Below are positions 37,632-46,976 of a DNA stretch of 48,363 nucleotides, piece by piece. Under the pieces are notes generated by a model. It had not been told where the DNA came from. It worked only from the letters and a program-made list of their open reading frames with translations, and made no database searches. Position 1 is the first letter of the stretch. Each line of letters begins with the position of its first letter. Made by a program: the position numbers and the translations under genes. The DNA lies in assembly GCA_016235455.1 (NCBI GenBank), contig JACRKZ010000061.1, positions 1 through 48,363 on the forward strand, written 5' to 3'. Origin of the DNA: Armatimonadota bacterium. Its GTDB lineage: Bacteria > Armatimonadota > UBA10988.

Positions 37632-40295
37632 ATGAGGGTACGCAGCTGCTGGTTGCTGGTCGCGCTGACCAGCGCCCTGAGCGCCGGCCACGGCCTGACC
37701 TTGACCGTGTCGCCCGACGGCCGCGACGATGGCGCGGGCAACGGGTCGTTCGCCTCGCTGGCGGGCGCACGCGACGCCATCCGCCGCCTGAAGGCCGCAG
37801 GCGGACTGACCGAGCCGATCACCGTGCGCGTGGCAGCCGGCACCTACCCGCTGACCGCGCCGCTGCGCTTCACGCCGGCGGACTCCGGCACGGCCGCGTG
37901 CCCCATCACCTACGAGGCCGCGCCAGGCGCCAGGCCGGTGCTCACCGGCGGCGTCAAGGCCACCGGCCTCACGGTGCGGCCCGACGGCCTGTGGCAGGCC
38001 CGCGTACCGGGCGTCGGAGCCGACTGGCTGCCCGAGCAGATGTACCTCAACGGCCGCCATGCCACCCGGGCGCGCACGCCCAACAAGGACTACCTGTACA
38101 CCCAGCGGCCAGCCGAGACCGATGCCAACCGCCAGGTGTATCTGGACCGCAAGGACGCGCAGCCGCTGGTGGGACTGTCGCCTGCCGAGCTGAAGGAAGT
38201 CAACCTGGTCGCCTACTTCTCCTGGGAGAGCGCGCGCCTGCGCATCGCCTCCTACAGCCCGGCCAACGGGCTGATGGTGGCGACGGGCAATGCCGCCTGG
38301 GGGCTCAACACCTTCTCCGGCCAGACACGCCAGCGCTACCAGTTGGAGAACCTGCGCTCGGCGCTGGACGAGCCGGGCGAGTGGTATCTGGGCCGCGACG
38401 GCGTGCTGCTCTATCAACCGCGGCCCGGCGACAACCCGGCCACCGCGGAGATCATCCTGCCGAAGACCGAGCGCTTCATCGACATCGCCGGTGACGCACG
38501 GCTGGGCCTGTCGGTGGAGTACCTGACCTTCCGCAATCTGGCCTTCCGCCACGCCGCCTGGTACCTGCCGGCCGGCGGTCATAGCGACGGACAGGCCGAG
38601 GTCAGCGTCGACGCGGCGGTCATGGCCGATGGCGGAGCGCACCTGAGCTTCGAAGGCGTCGAGGTGACCAACATCGGCCGCTATGCCTTCTGGTTCCGCG
38701 AGGGCTGCGCCGACAACGCCCTGCGCGGCTGCTTGCTCTACGAGATGGGCGCCGGCGGCGTTAAGATCGGCACCGGCTGGGCCGCGGACAATCCCGACGA
38801 GCTGACGACCACGCGGCGCACCGTGGTGGACAACTGCATCGTCCAGCATGGTGGCTGGCTGCACCACGGCGCGCACGGCATCTGGATCGGGCATAGCCCG
38901 GACAACCAGATCACCCACAACGACGTGGGCGACTTCAACTACACGGGCATCAGCGCCGGCTGGCGTTGGGGCTACGGGCCCAGCGTGGCCAAGCGCAACA
39001 AGATCGAGTTCAACCGCATCCATCATCTGGGCTACTGTGTGCTGAGCGACATGGGCGGCGTCTATACGCTCGGGCCCAGCGAGGGCACGACGGTCAGCAA
39101 CAACTGGATCCACGACGTCAACGACTACGGCTACATGGGCCGCGGCGGCTGGGGCCTGTACAACGACGAAGGTTCCACCGGCATCGTCATGGAGAACAAC
39201 CTGGTCGAGCGGACGAAGACCGGCGGCTACCACCTGCACTACGGCAAGGACCTGACGGTCCGCAACAACATCTTCTCCGATGCGCGCGAGAACCAGCTCC
39301 AGCACTCGCGCAACGAGGAGCACCACCAGTACAACTTCGAGAACAATATCGTCTGGTACCGCCGTGGCGACCTCTTCCACGGCACCTGGACCGTGCCCCA
39401 GATCGACCTGGCGCGCAACGTCTACTGGGACGCCTCGGGCCGGCCGGTGATGTTCGGCAACCTCGACTTCGCCAAGTGGATGACCACCGGCCGCGACAAG
39501 GACTCCGTGGTCGCCGACCCGCAGTTCGTCAATGCCGAGGCCGGCGACTACACGCTCCGGCCCGGCTCGCCGGCGCTGAAGCTGGGCTTCAAGCCGTTCG
39601 ACTGGAAGCAGGCCGGAGTCTACGGTGACGCGGCCTGGGTCAAGCGCGCCGTCACCGACAGCTATCCCGACGTGGTCTATCCCTCGCCGCCGCCGCCGCC
39701 GCCACCGCTCGTGTTCGACCAGAACTATGAGGACGCGGCGCTGGGCATCGGCCCGGCGCGCGCGCAGGTGATGACGGAGAACAAGGGCGATTCCGTGGGC
39801 GTGGTGGTCGAGCCCGGCGCCGGCGGCAGCGCCAAGTGCCTCAAGGTCGTGGACGTGCCGGGCCTCCGGGCCAGCTACGATCCGCACTTCTTCTGGGACC
39901 CCAACCACACCGCGGGCAACACGTCGTTCAGCTTCGATATCAAGCTGTCCGAGGGCTCGCTCTGCTATTGGGAGTGGCGTGGGCCCGGCAACCCCTACCC
40001 GACCGGCCCCAGCGTCTGGTTCCGCGGCGGCAAGCTGCAGGCGGGCGGCCGCGACCTAGCCGACATCCCGCTCGGCCAGTGGGTCCGCGTGAAGATGACC
40101 TGCGGGCTGGGTGCGCAGAAGACCGGCACCTGGCGCCTGGTGCTGGTGCTGCCCGATGGCCAGGCCAAGGTGTTCGGCGACCTGCCCTTGGGCCCGGATT
40201 TCAGGGAGCTGCGCTGGCTGGGCTTCAGTTCCAGCGCCGACGCCAACACCATCACCTGGCTCGATAACCTCAAGCTGGAGAGTGACCAACTATGA
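37632..40295 (+). CDS. Secreted right-handed beta-helix protein (GH141-like) with a C-terminal lectin-like domain
   Basis: Signal peptide; VSPDGRD, SLAGARDAIR, SDMGGVYTLG, GGWGLYNDEGS, ADPQF...DYTLRPGSPA; polyproline linker. Confidence 0.8.
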   Translation: MRVRSCWLLVALTSALSAGHGLTLTVSPDGRDDGAGNGSFASLAGARDAIRRLKAAGGLTEPITVRVAAGTYPLTAPLRFTPADSGTAACPITYEAAPGARPVLTGGVKATGLTVRPDGLWQARVPGVGADWLPEQMYLNGRHATRARTPNKDYLYTQRPAETDANRQVYLDRKDAQPLVGLSPAELKEVNLVAYFSWESARLRIASYSPANGLMVATGNAAWGLNTFSGQTRQRYQLENLRSALDEPGEWYLGRDGVLLYQPRPGDNPATAEIILPKTERFIDIAGDARLGLSVEYLTFRNLAFRHAAWYLPAGGHSDGQAEVSVDAAVMADGGAHLSFEGVEVTNIGRYAFWFREGCADNALRGCLLYEMGAGGVKIGTGWAADNPDELTTTRRTVVDNCIVQHGGWLHHGAHGIWIGHSPDNQITHNDVGDFNYTGISAGWRWGYGPSVAKRNKIEFNRIHHLGYCVLSDMGGVYTLGPSEGTTVSNNWIHDVNDYGYMGRGGWGLYNDEGSTGIVMENNLVERTKTGGYHLHYGKDLTVRNNIFSDARENQLQHSRNEEHHQYNFENNIVWYRRGDLFHGTWTVPQIDLARNVYWDASGRPVMFGNLDFAKWMTTGRDKDSVVADPQFVNAEAGDYTLRPGSPALKLGFKPFDWKQAGVYGDAAWVKRAVTDSYPDVVYPSPPPPPPPLVFDQNYEDAALGIGPARAQVMTENKGDSVGVVVEPGAGGSAKCLKVVDVPGLRASYDPHFFWDPNHTAGNTSFSFDIKLSEGSLCYWEWRGPGNPYPTGPSVWFRGGKLQAGGRDLADIPLGQWVRVKMTCGLGAQKTGTWRLVLVLPDGQAKVFGDLPLGPDFRELRWLGFSSSADANTITWLDNLKLESDQL

Positions 40296-41314
40296 CCACC
40301 CGCAACCCCCTACTGCCTGTACTGGCCGGCCTGACGGTGGTCGGCACCGGCCTCGCGCAACCGCGCAGCCAGACGGTGATGGACGCCACACCGGTCAAGC
40401 TGCCGGGCGTGGAGACCACCTTGAGCGTCGACGCCCAGCCCAGCCTGAGCGTGGACAAGCCGGGCGCCGAACGACGGCTGGCTGCGGTCAACATCGGCAG
40501 CGGCGACTGGTCATGGGCCAAGTCGATCCGCCTGCAGGGCAGTGTCAGCGGCACCATCGGCACCGCGCGCCTGGCCGTGCTGGCCTGGAGTGGCGAGAGT
40601 TGCTGGTACCGGCTGGGCACGCCGCTGCGCGTCGGGCCTGAAGCCGCCTACGGCGTGTCGCTGGAGGCGCTCAAGCCAGCCGCCTTCAACGCCGACCCGG
40701 CAGCCGCCGTCGACTGGAAGAAGGTCGACCAGATCTGGCTGGGCGTCGTGCTCGACGGCCCCGCCAAGGCCACGCTGACCGTGGCTCCGCCGGAGATCAC
40801 GGCCGAGCCGCTGCGGCCCACCGCGCCGCTGACAGTGCCGCTGGCCGCGGCCGCCAAGTGGAACATGGGCAAGGACCCCGCCGTGCAGCACAAGGCCGCG
40901 GTGGTCAACGAAGGCCCCGATGGCGCGCCAGCGCTGCGGCTGGACGTGACCTACCCCGAGGCCCGGCACCTCTACTCCATGCTCTCCGGCCCCATCGAAG
41001 GCGAAGACCTGGGCAGCTACCGCACGCTGCGCATCCGCTACCGCGCCACGCTGCCCAAGGGCCCGAACCTGCTGTTCAGCCTGCAGGAGCCGGGCGGCGG
41101 CCAGTACATCATCGACCCGCCGCCGGCCCAGACCACCGAGTGGAAGACGCTCGACATCGCCATCGCCGACCTCAAGCTGGCCGGCTGGACCAAGGATGCC
41201 GACGGCAAGCTCAGCATGGACCAAGGCGTCTCGCTGCAGATCGGCTGCCACGGCACGGCCAACCCGCCGGGCGCGGGGAGCATCTGGATCGCCGAGGTGT
41301 GCCTGGTGCCGTAG
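40292..41314 (+). CDS. Secreted protein with two probable carbohydrate-binding beta-sandwich domains
   Basis: ATGA overlap with the upstream gene; signal peptide; DLGSYRTLRIRYR, WKTLDIAIADL, D.DGKL. Confidence 0.65.
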   Translation: MTTRNPLLPVLAGLTVVGTGLAQPRSQTVMDATPVKLPGVETTLSVDAQPSLSVDKPGAERRLAAVNIGSGDWSWAKSIRLQGSVSGTIGTARLAVLAWSGESCWYRLGTPLRVGPEAAYGVSLEALKPAAFNADPAAAVDWKKVDQIWLGVVLDGPAKATLTVAPPEITAEPLRPTAPLTVPLAAAAKWNMGKDPAVQHKAAVVNEGPDGAPALRLDVTYPEARHLYSMLSGPIEGEDLGSYRTLRIRYRATLPKGPNLLFSLQEPGGGQYIIDPPPAQTTEWKTLDIAIADLKLAGWTKDADGKLSMDQGVSLQIGCHGTANPPGAGSIWIAEVCLVP

Positions 41315-41316
41315 AC

Positions 41317-41362
41317 GCTGACCTGGGAGCGCGGACCTGGCGGTCCGCGCTCCCAGGTCAGC
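41317..41362. repeat. Perfect 21-bp inverted repeat (terminator or REP-like palindrome)
   Basis: GCTGACCTGGGAGCGCGGACC-tggc-GGTCCGCGCTCCCAGGTCAGC. Confidence 0.75.
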
Positions 41363-41954
41363 CGGCCTGACGCGCCTGGTCGATGTTGGCGGCCGCCGTC
41401 AGATCAGCCACGATGACCACGCCGCAACCATCGACCGCGGAGACGATGGCCAGACCGCCGCGCACCACCTGCTGCTCCAGCCAGGACCGCACCTCGGCGT
41501 CGGGCCACGGCCAGTGGTCGGCATCGGGGTCGCCGATGCCCGCGCGCAGCCGCCCGACCAGGTCGAACCGGCCCAGCACCGCGCCCAGCCGCGCCAGCAC
41601 CGCCGCATCGGACGGCACGGCCAGCAGCAGGCCGCCATTGCAGTAGCCGGGCACGTCGCGCACGTGGTAGTCCACCTGCTCACGGAAGGTGCCCAACGCA
41701 CCGACGCCCAGGATGCCGGGCGCCACCTCGGCGGCGCCGAGTGCCTGCCATTGGGGCACGATGACCTCGGCTTCGGCCAGGTAGACCTCGGGCGCCGGCT
41801 CGGCTTCGTCCAGGCAGGGCCACAGGTCGCGCTCCCAGCTGGGCAGCACCACCCCGCGCAGCGGCCAGAAGCAGCCCGCCGGTCGCGGCCGCAGCAGCAA
41901 CGTGGCCACGCCGTCCTCGGTCGGCTCCAGCGGCATGATCTGCGGGCTGGCCAT
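41358..41954 (-). CDS. Hypothetical protein
   Basis: ATG begins 1 nt after the stop (41956) of the upstream beta-helix gene; MASPQIMPLEPTEDG...; joined to the upstream frame in the ORF track only because of the frameshift. Confidence 0.6.
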   Translation of the reverse strand: MASPQIMPLEPTEDGVATLLLRPRPAGCFWPLRGVVLPSWERDLWPCLDEAEPAPEVYLAEAEVIVPQWQALGAAEVAPGILGVGALGTFREQVDYHVRDVPGYCNGGLLLAVPSDAAVLARLGAVLGRFDLVGRLRAGIGDPDADHWPWPDAEVRSWLEQQVVRGGLAIVSAVDGCGVVIVADLTAAANIDQARQAG

Positions 41955-41955
41955 G

Positions 41956-44066
41956 CTAGCCCACCGGATCCCAGGCCAGGCCGATGATGTCGGCGAAGAC
42001 CGCGCCGCCGCCGGCGCTCGCCTTCCTGATGGCCACGGTGACCTGGCCGTCGGCGGGCGCGACGAAGCGGAGGGACTGGCGCGTCCAGTCGGGCGCCTCG
42101 CACTCGGCGGTGAGTTCGGCCAGGCCCGTGCCGCGCACGGCCAAGGCGGCCTTGCCGCCCGGCTCGGCGCGCAGGCCCTGGCCGACGGTGGTGTTGCCCC
42201 AGCCGTTGCCCTTGCTACAGGTCGCCTCGCCGTCGCCGGTCTTCTGCCAGTACTCGATGGTGCCCAGCTCGAAGCCGGTGTTGAGCAGGCGGTTGGCGCC
42301 GGCCATCTTGGGCGGCTGCCAGGCGGGCTGCGGCGCCGGCGGATGGGCGAAGTCATGGCCCGCTCGCCACGGCGCGCGGCCCGGCGGATAGGCGCCCAGA
42401 TACGGCTGGTCCCCGACGCTGATGCCCGGCAGCAGCACAGGCCAAACAGCCGCTTGGCCGGGTCGAGGTAGCCGGGGTCGGCGCTGACCAGATTGGGCGT
42501 CACCACCACATGCTCGGGCAGCCGAATGGGCTGATTGACCAGGTTGTTCTGGTAACGTGAGCCGAGCATGTCGCCGCGCTTGCTGTGGTCGAAGGTGCTG
42601 ATGGCACCGGTCGCAAAGCAGGTGTTGTGGTAGGCGAGCATGTAGCTGCACGGGTTGTTGAACCGCACCGGATCGCCCTTGATGCCCCAGATCACGTTGT
42701 GGTGGACGATGGCGTTGTGCGAGCAATGGTCGAAGTAGATGCCCATCTGCGTGTGCGGCGCGTGGTTGTCGTGGACCAGGTTGTAGGCAAACTCCGTGCC
42801 GCCGAAGTCGGTGTTGTGGCCGTAGGTCATGCCCAGGTCGCTGGTCAGCCAGCCCGAGTCGCTCAGCTCGTTGTAGACGATGCGGCTCTCGGTCAGGCCG
42901 CCCACGCTCAGCACGTCGCGCCCGGCGTGGCGCACGGTGTTGTGCGCGAAGGTGATGCGCCGGCCCGACAGCGCCACCACGCCCTGCCATTTGCCGCCGT
43001 AGTTGCCGTTCTCGATCAGGTTGTTCTCGATGCGGTGGTCGCGCCCGCTCACTCGCATTACCGCCGACGAGCTCCAGGCAAAGTGGCAGCCGCGCACGGT
43101 CTGCCGTTGGCCGGCGATGACCACCGCGCCTTCGGCGTCGGCGCGCAGCGAGTGGCCCAGCCAGGTGCCCGTCAGGCCATCGAGCAGCAGATCGGCCGAA
43201 GCGCCGTCGGTGCGCAGGCCCGCGGCGCGGAAGCTCAGCCCGACTAGCTGCACATGCTGCCGGCCAGAAAGGTCGATGGCCCATACGCGGCGCTTGGCCT
43301 CGATGGCGCGTCCCGCGGGCGACACGCCTTCCGCCAGCCTTACGCGCAGCCGCGGCCGCTCCAAGCGCCATTCGCCGGCGCCCAGCGGCTCGCCCGGCGC
43401 GCCGATGAGCAGGTAGGTGTTGCCCGCCTTGGGCGTGTAGAAGGCGTCGGTCAGAGGCGGGTCGAAGGTCAGCGTGTGCGTCGCGGCGTCGTAGCCGGTG
43501 ACCGTGCGCGACCAGCAGACCCAGGAGTAGCCGCTGGGCACAAACAGCAGCGCGCCCTTCCAGCGCTCGGCGTCGCCGGGCAGGTTGGGGTCGGTGACGG
43601 TGCTCGCGGTGCCCGCGGTCATCGTGGCCCAGGTCGGGTGCAGCAGGTCGCCGGTGCGCTTGGGCCAGCACACCTCGCCCAGCGCCAGGTCGCCGTCGAA
43701 CACCTGGTTCTGCGCATCGAGCGTCCAGCCCAGCGGCGCGGTCCAGGTGCCATCGGCCTCCGCCTGCCAGCCGGTGACGGCGTCGGCGCCGCTGATCACC
43801 GGCGTCTCGCCCGCGGCGGCGCGGATGACGATGGGCCGGCCCGGCTGGCCCGAGCGCGCCGGGGTCAGCGTCTCGCGATAGACGCCGCCGCGCACGGTGA
43901 GCGTGTCGCCCGGCTGCAACACGCCGCCGGCATGGCTGAGCGTGGCGAACGGCGCGGCAGCCGTGCCAGGGTCAGTATCGCGTCCGGTCGGCGCGACGAA
44001 GTACTCGGTAGCCATCAGCGCGTTCCCCATCGAGACCAGGGCCAGGGCGACCCAGGCGTGACGCAT
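41956..44066 (-). pseudogene. Secreted beta-helix protein with C-terminal CBM-like domain, frameshifted near 42440
   Basis: First frame MRHAWVALALVS...SDLGMTYG...ADPGYLDPAKRLFGL; the plausible sequence continues in another frame as VLLPGISVGDQPYLGAY...NRLLNTGFELG... Confidence 0.75.
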
Positions 44067-44077
44067 GTGCGTGCTCC
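43989..44077 (-). repeat. 89-bp direct repeat, copy 1 (RBS and signal-peptide codons of the beta-helix gene)
   Basis: 84/89 identical to 46251-46339 by manual alignment. Confidence 0.92.
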
Positions 44078-44112
44078 CAGCGGGGCATTGCTCTGGGGCG
44101 AGTGGATTCCTG

Positions 44113-45078
44113 CTACGGGTTGGCGGCGGGCTGCGGCGGCACGACGACGCAGTCCCACGCCTCGGGCAGAAGCTCCTGCCGGAACCCATCGGCCAGACGC
44201 AGGGCGACCAGGCGGTGGCGCCCACGATGGCGGGGGGCCGCCGAACCTAGCAGCCAGGCTTGGTCATCGCTCAGACCGTATGGCCCTGCGAAGTCTGAGG
44301 TCTCCAGCAGCAACTGGCGCGTGCGCTTCTCGACATCGACCGCCCAGACCATCACCTTGGCGCCCAGCGGAGGACCGTACTCGGCCATGATCAGTTCGTG
44401 GTCCGTCCGGCCCGCGCAGGCCATGCTCCAGCCGGGCAAGGCGATGCGCTGCGAGCGGTCGCTGGTCAGGTCGACGACCCACAGGTACCGGCTGTACTCG
44501 GCATTGTGGTACTCCATGATCGCATAGCGGCCGCCCAGCATGGCGCGCCAGCTCAACATGATGTCGCCGCCGCCGATACGCCATTCGCGCCGCCGTTTGA
44601 AGTCCGGGCCGTAGAGCACGAGCGACCCGCCTGCCTCGGAGCGGCACATGGCCAGATAGCCGTCGGCGAGGGTCTGCACATGCCAGGGCGAGCCCAGGTC
44701 GGGCGCCCCCGACACCTGTCCCGATGCCGGGTCCCAGAGCCGGTCGTCGCACGGGCTGTCGCCCGCGTAGCCGCCGGCTGTGTACATCACCCGTTCACCC
44801 AGCCAGCCGACCAACGAGCGACGCTCGGCGCGGTCGGGCAGCCGCAGCATCTTGTCGGCTTCGAGGGTGACCAGATAGTCGCCGTCGCAGGCCGCCACCA
44901 CGCCGCGCGGGCCGACGTCCAAGTCCGCCGCGGGCGACAGGTCGTAGTCGATGGCCCGACCCGTGCGGGCGTCGACCCAGGTCAGGCGATGGCGGTTGGC
45001 GGCGCAGGCCACGAACCGCACGGGCACACTCTGTCCCGCCAGGCAGGCGGTCAGCCAGATCGCGAGCAAGCTGCTCAT
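44113..45078 (-). CDS. Hypothetical exported protein, possibly a beta-propeller
   Basis: GGAG RBS; hydrophobic N-terminus MSSLLAIWLTACLAG; repeated LTWVDA / LWDP / LWVVDL / VWAVDV strands. Confidence 0.6.
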   Translation of the reverse strand: MSSLLAIWLTACLAGQSVPVRFVACAANRHRLTWVDARTGRAIDYDLSPAADLDVGPRGVVAACDGDYLVTLEADKMLRLPDRAERRSLVGWLGERVMYTAGGYAGDSPCDDRLWDPASGQVSGAPDLGSPWHVQTLADGYLAMCRSEAGGSLVLYGPDFKRRREWRIGGGDIMLSWRAMLGGRYAIMEYHNAEYSRYLWVVDLTSDRSQRIALPGWSMACAGRTDHELIMAEYGPPLGAKVMVWAVDVEKRTRQLLLETSDFAGPYGLSDDQAWLLGSAAPRHRGRHRLVALRLADGFRQELLPEAWDCVVVPPQPAANP

Positions 45079-45236
45079 AGCTGCCACTCCACGCTGCCAG
45101 TCCATTTCATGGCAGCCATCCTGCGCAGGATCTCCACCTCCATGACCACGGTCTGCTCACCGACGATCGCCACGCCGTTGCAGTCGACGGTCGAGACCGG
45201 CATTTGCCTATCGCAGTGGCGGGTACAGAGCACCAG

Positions 45237-46178
45237 CTACCGTGGGCCATCCGAGAGCCTATCGACGACGCGCAGGATATCCTTCGCACCCGGCCACCGC
45301 GGATCCACCCAGAAGTCGTCCACCGCGGTGCGCAGGATGAACCGCCGGCCCAATGGTATGCAAGGCCCGACCTCGGCCCATGGCACCAGCGTCGGCCGCC
45401 TGCCAATCGAAGCCGCGACGGCCAAGCCCAATGCCGTTGCCCGCAGACTGGCGAAGCGCGCCCTTTGGCACGCCAAGGTGCTGGGCAGCAGACACATCGC
45501 CGGCACGACCGCGACGACACGCAGGGCCGTGAGTACAGGCCACATCGTCACGGGCAAGCGATGCGGCACCGTCAGCACGCCGCTCGCGAGGTAGGCGACC
45601 AGAGCGACAAGCCACCACCAGGCACTGGGCACGCCCGGCCTGAGTTCGGTTCCAGGCACATCCGATAGTGGCATCGCATCGGCGCTGCCGCGCGCCGGTG
45701 TGTGCCCATCCAGCCGCGCCCGAAGCTGCTCCACCAGACCGCCAAACCCGCGCAGCGAGGAGCGTAGGTGCAACCTCGCCTGGCCGGCCTCCACCACCGC
45801 CCCGTCGGCAGTCAGGAGCACGCTCCGTACGTCCGCCCACGTCACCTCACGCCGGCCGCCTACAAAGCGGTACTCGTGGCGCACCGACAGCCCGGCCGCG
45901 GTGAGCAGGACGGTCTGACGGTCGTAGAGCAGCCGCCACAGGCCAATCACGACGAGGAGCAGCAGCGCGAGCACAAGGTCGTTGTGGCAGTGGCCAACGA
46001 GTGTCGCGTAGGGCGGGAATGCGCCAACGACTGTAGCAGCCAGCAGGGCCTGGAGAACGGCCGACAACCACCGAGGCGCCTCGCGAGCTTCCACGTACAC
46101 TTGCCGACCGGCGGGTGGGCCGGCAGCCTCGTTCAGTTCGCCTCTGCCGTCCATCAGCAGCGTACCTTCACTTGACAT
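45237..46178 (-). CDS. Hypothetical membrane protein with two TM-pair + PH-like units
   Basis: Two hydrophobic hairpins, each followed by (V)xWA(D/E)V: VTWADVRSV and VPWAEVG. Confidence 0.6.
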   Translation of the reverse strand: MSSEGTLLMDGRGELNEAAGPPAGRQVYVEAREAPRWLSAVLQALLAATVVGAFPPYATLVGHCHNDLVLALLLLVVIGLWRLLYDRQTVLLTAAGLSVRHEYRFVGGRREVTWADVRSVLLTADGAVVEAGQARLHLRSSLRGFGGLVEQLRARLDGHTPARGSADAMPLSDVPGTELRPGVPSAWWWLVALVAYLASGVLTVPHRLPVTMWPVLTALRVVAVVPAMCLLPSTLACQRARFASLRATALGLAVAASIGRRPTLVPWAEVGPCIPLGRRFILRTAVDDFWVDPRWPGAKDILRVVDRLSDGPR

Positions 46179-46181
46179 CGT

Positions 46182-46328
46182 TCATGGTGTCCGGGCAGAT
46201 CGCCCCGTCAGCGCTGCTGGCCGAGCGCAGGCCAGAGTGCCCCGCCCGGCCGGTGCGACGAAATACTCGGTGGCCATCAGCGCGTTGCCCATCGAGACCT
46301 GGGCCAGGGCGACCCAGGCGTGACGCAT
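46182..46328 (-). pseudogene. Truncated second copy of the 5' end of the beta-helix gene
   Basis: MRHAWVALAQVSMGNALMATEYFVAPAG, then unrelated sequence and a stop. Confidence 0.75.
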
Positions 46329-46339
46329 GTGCGTGCTCC
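46251..46339 (-). repeat. 89-bp direct repeat, copy 2
   Basis: Matches 43989-44077 with 5 mismatches. Confidence 0.92.
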
Positions 46340-46390
46340 TGGTCGTGGAATTGGCCGTCTGGCAACTCGACTCCTGCGGATCGCCGAGAG

Positions 46391-46906
46391 CTACTCAGCA
46401 ATCAGGGCCTCGATCGTTGCCCGTTCGCCGATGATGGCCACCGCATCACCCCAGAACGACGCCGACACGAACGCACAGTGCCGAGCGGCAATCCGGGCAG
46501 CCAGCCAAAACGCCACATCGTCTCCGTACCACGGCCAGCCTCCGACCTCACCGACGCCGTCCGTAATGGCCGTCACCATGTCGAACCGGGGCGCCAGTGC
46601 AGCCAGTTCCGCTAGGCATCCAGACTGACCATCGACCTCGATCAGCAGGCCACACTCGGCATAGCACGGGATGTCGAAGACCTGGTGCACGACCTCGGGC
46701 GGAAGTTCAGCCAGGCAGCCCACACGCAAGAGCCCCGAACCCACGTCCACGGCACCCGACCGGAGCCAATACCGGCCTGTGACTTCGGCGCGCACGACGT
46801 ACGCCAAGGCCGGTCCGTGGTGCGGGTTCTCAAGATGAGACCAGATGTCGCGGTCGTAGCGCGGCGACGGGCGTCTCTGCCACGCCCATCGACCTCCTGG
46901 TCGCAC
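46391..46906 (-). CDS. Hypothetical protein, candidate immunity gene; start uncertain, possible frameshift
   Basis: Directly downstream of the Rhs-tip gene; the best RBS (AGGAGG near 46893-46898) leads to an ATG/GTG in a different, short frame. Confidence 0.45.
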   Translation of the reverse strand: MRPGGRWAWQRRPSPRYDRDIWSHLENPHHGPALAYVVRAEVTGRYWLRSGAVDVGSGLLRVGCLAELPPEVVHQVFDIPCYAECGLLIEVDGQSGCLAELAALAPRFDMVTAITDGVGEVGGWPWYGDDVAFWLAARIAARHCAFVSASFWGDAVAIIGERATIEALIAE

Positions 46907-46976
46907 TGTGAGCGCCAGCGTGAGGAGGCCACTTGAGTGGGACAGTTGACAGGATTTGCCCAAGGTCCTAGTCCCC

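Noticed and set aside
41358-44225. 955-aa ORF treated as one protein
   Set aside because: Composite of the beta-helix N-terminus, an out-of-frame stretch after the frameshift, and a separate downstream gene
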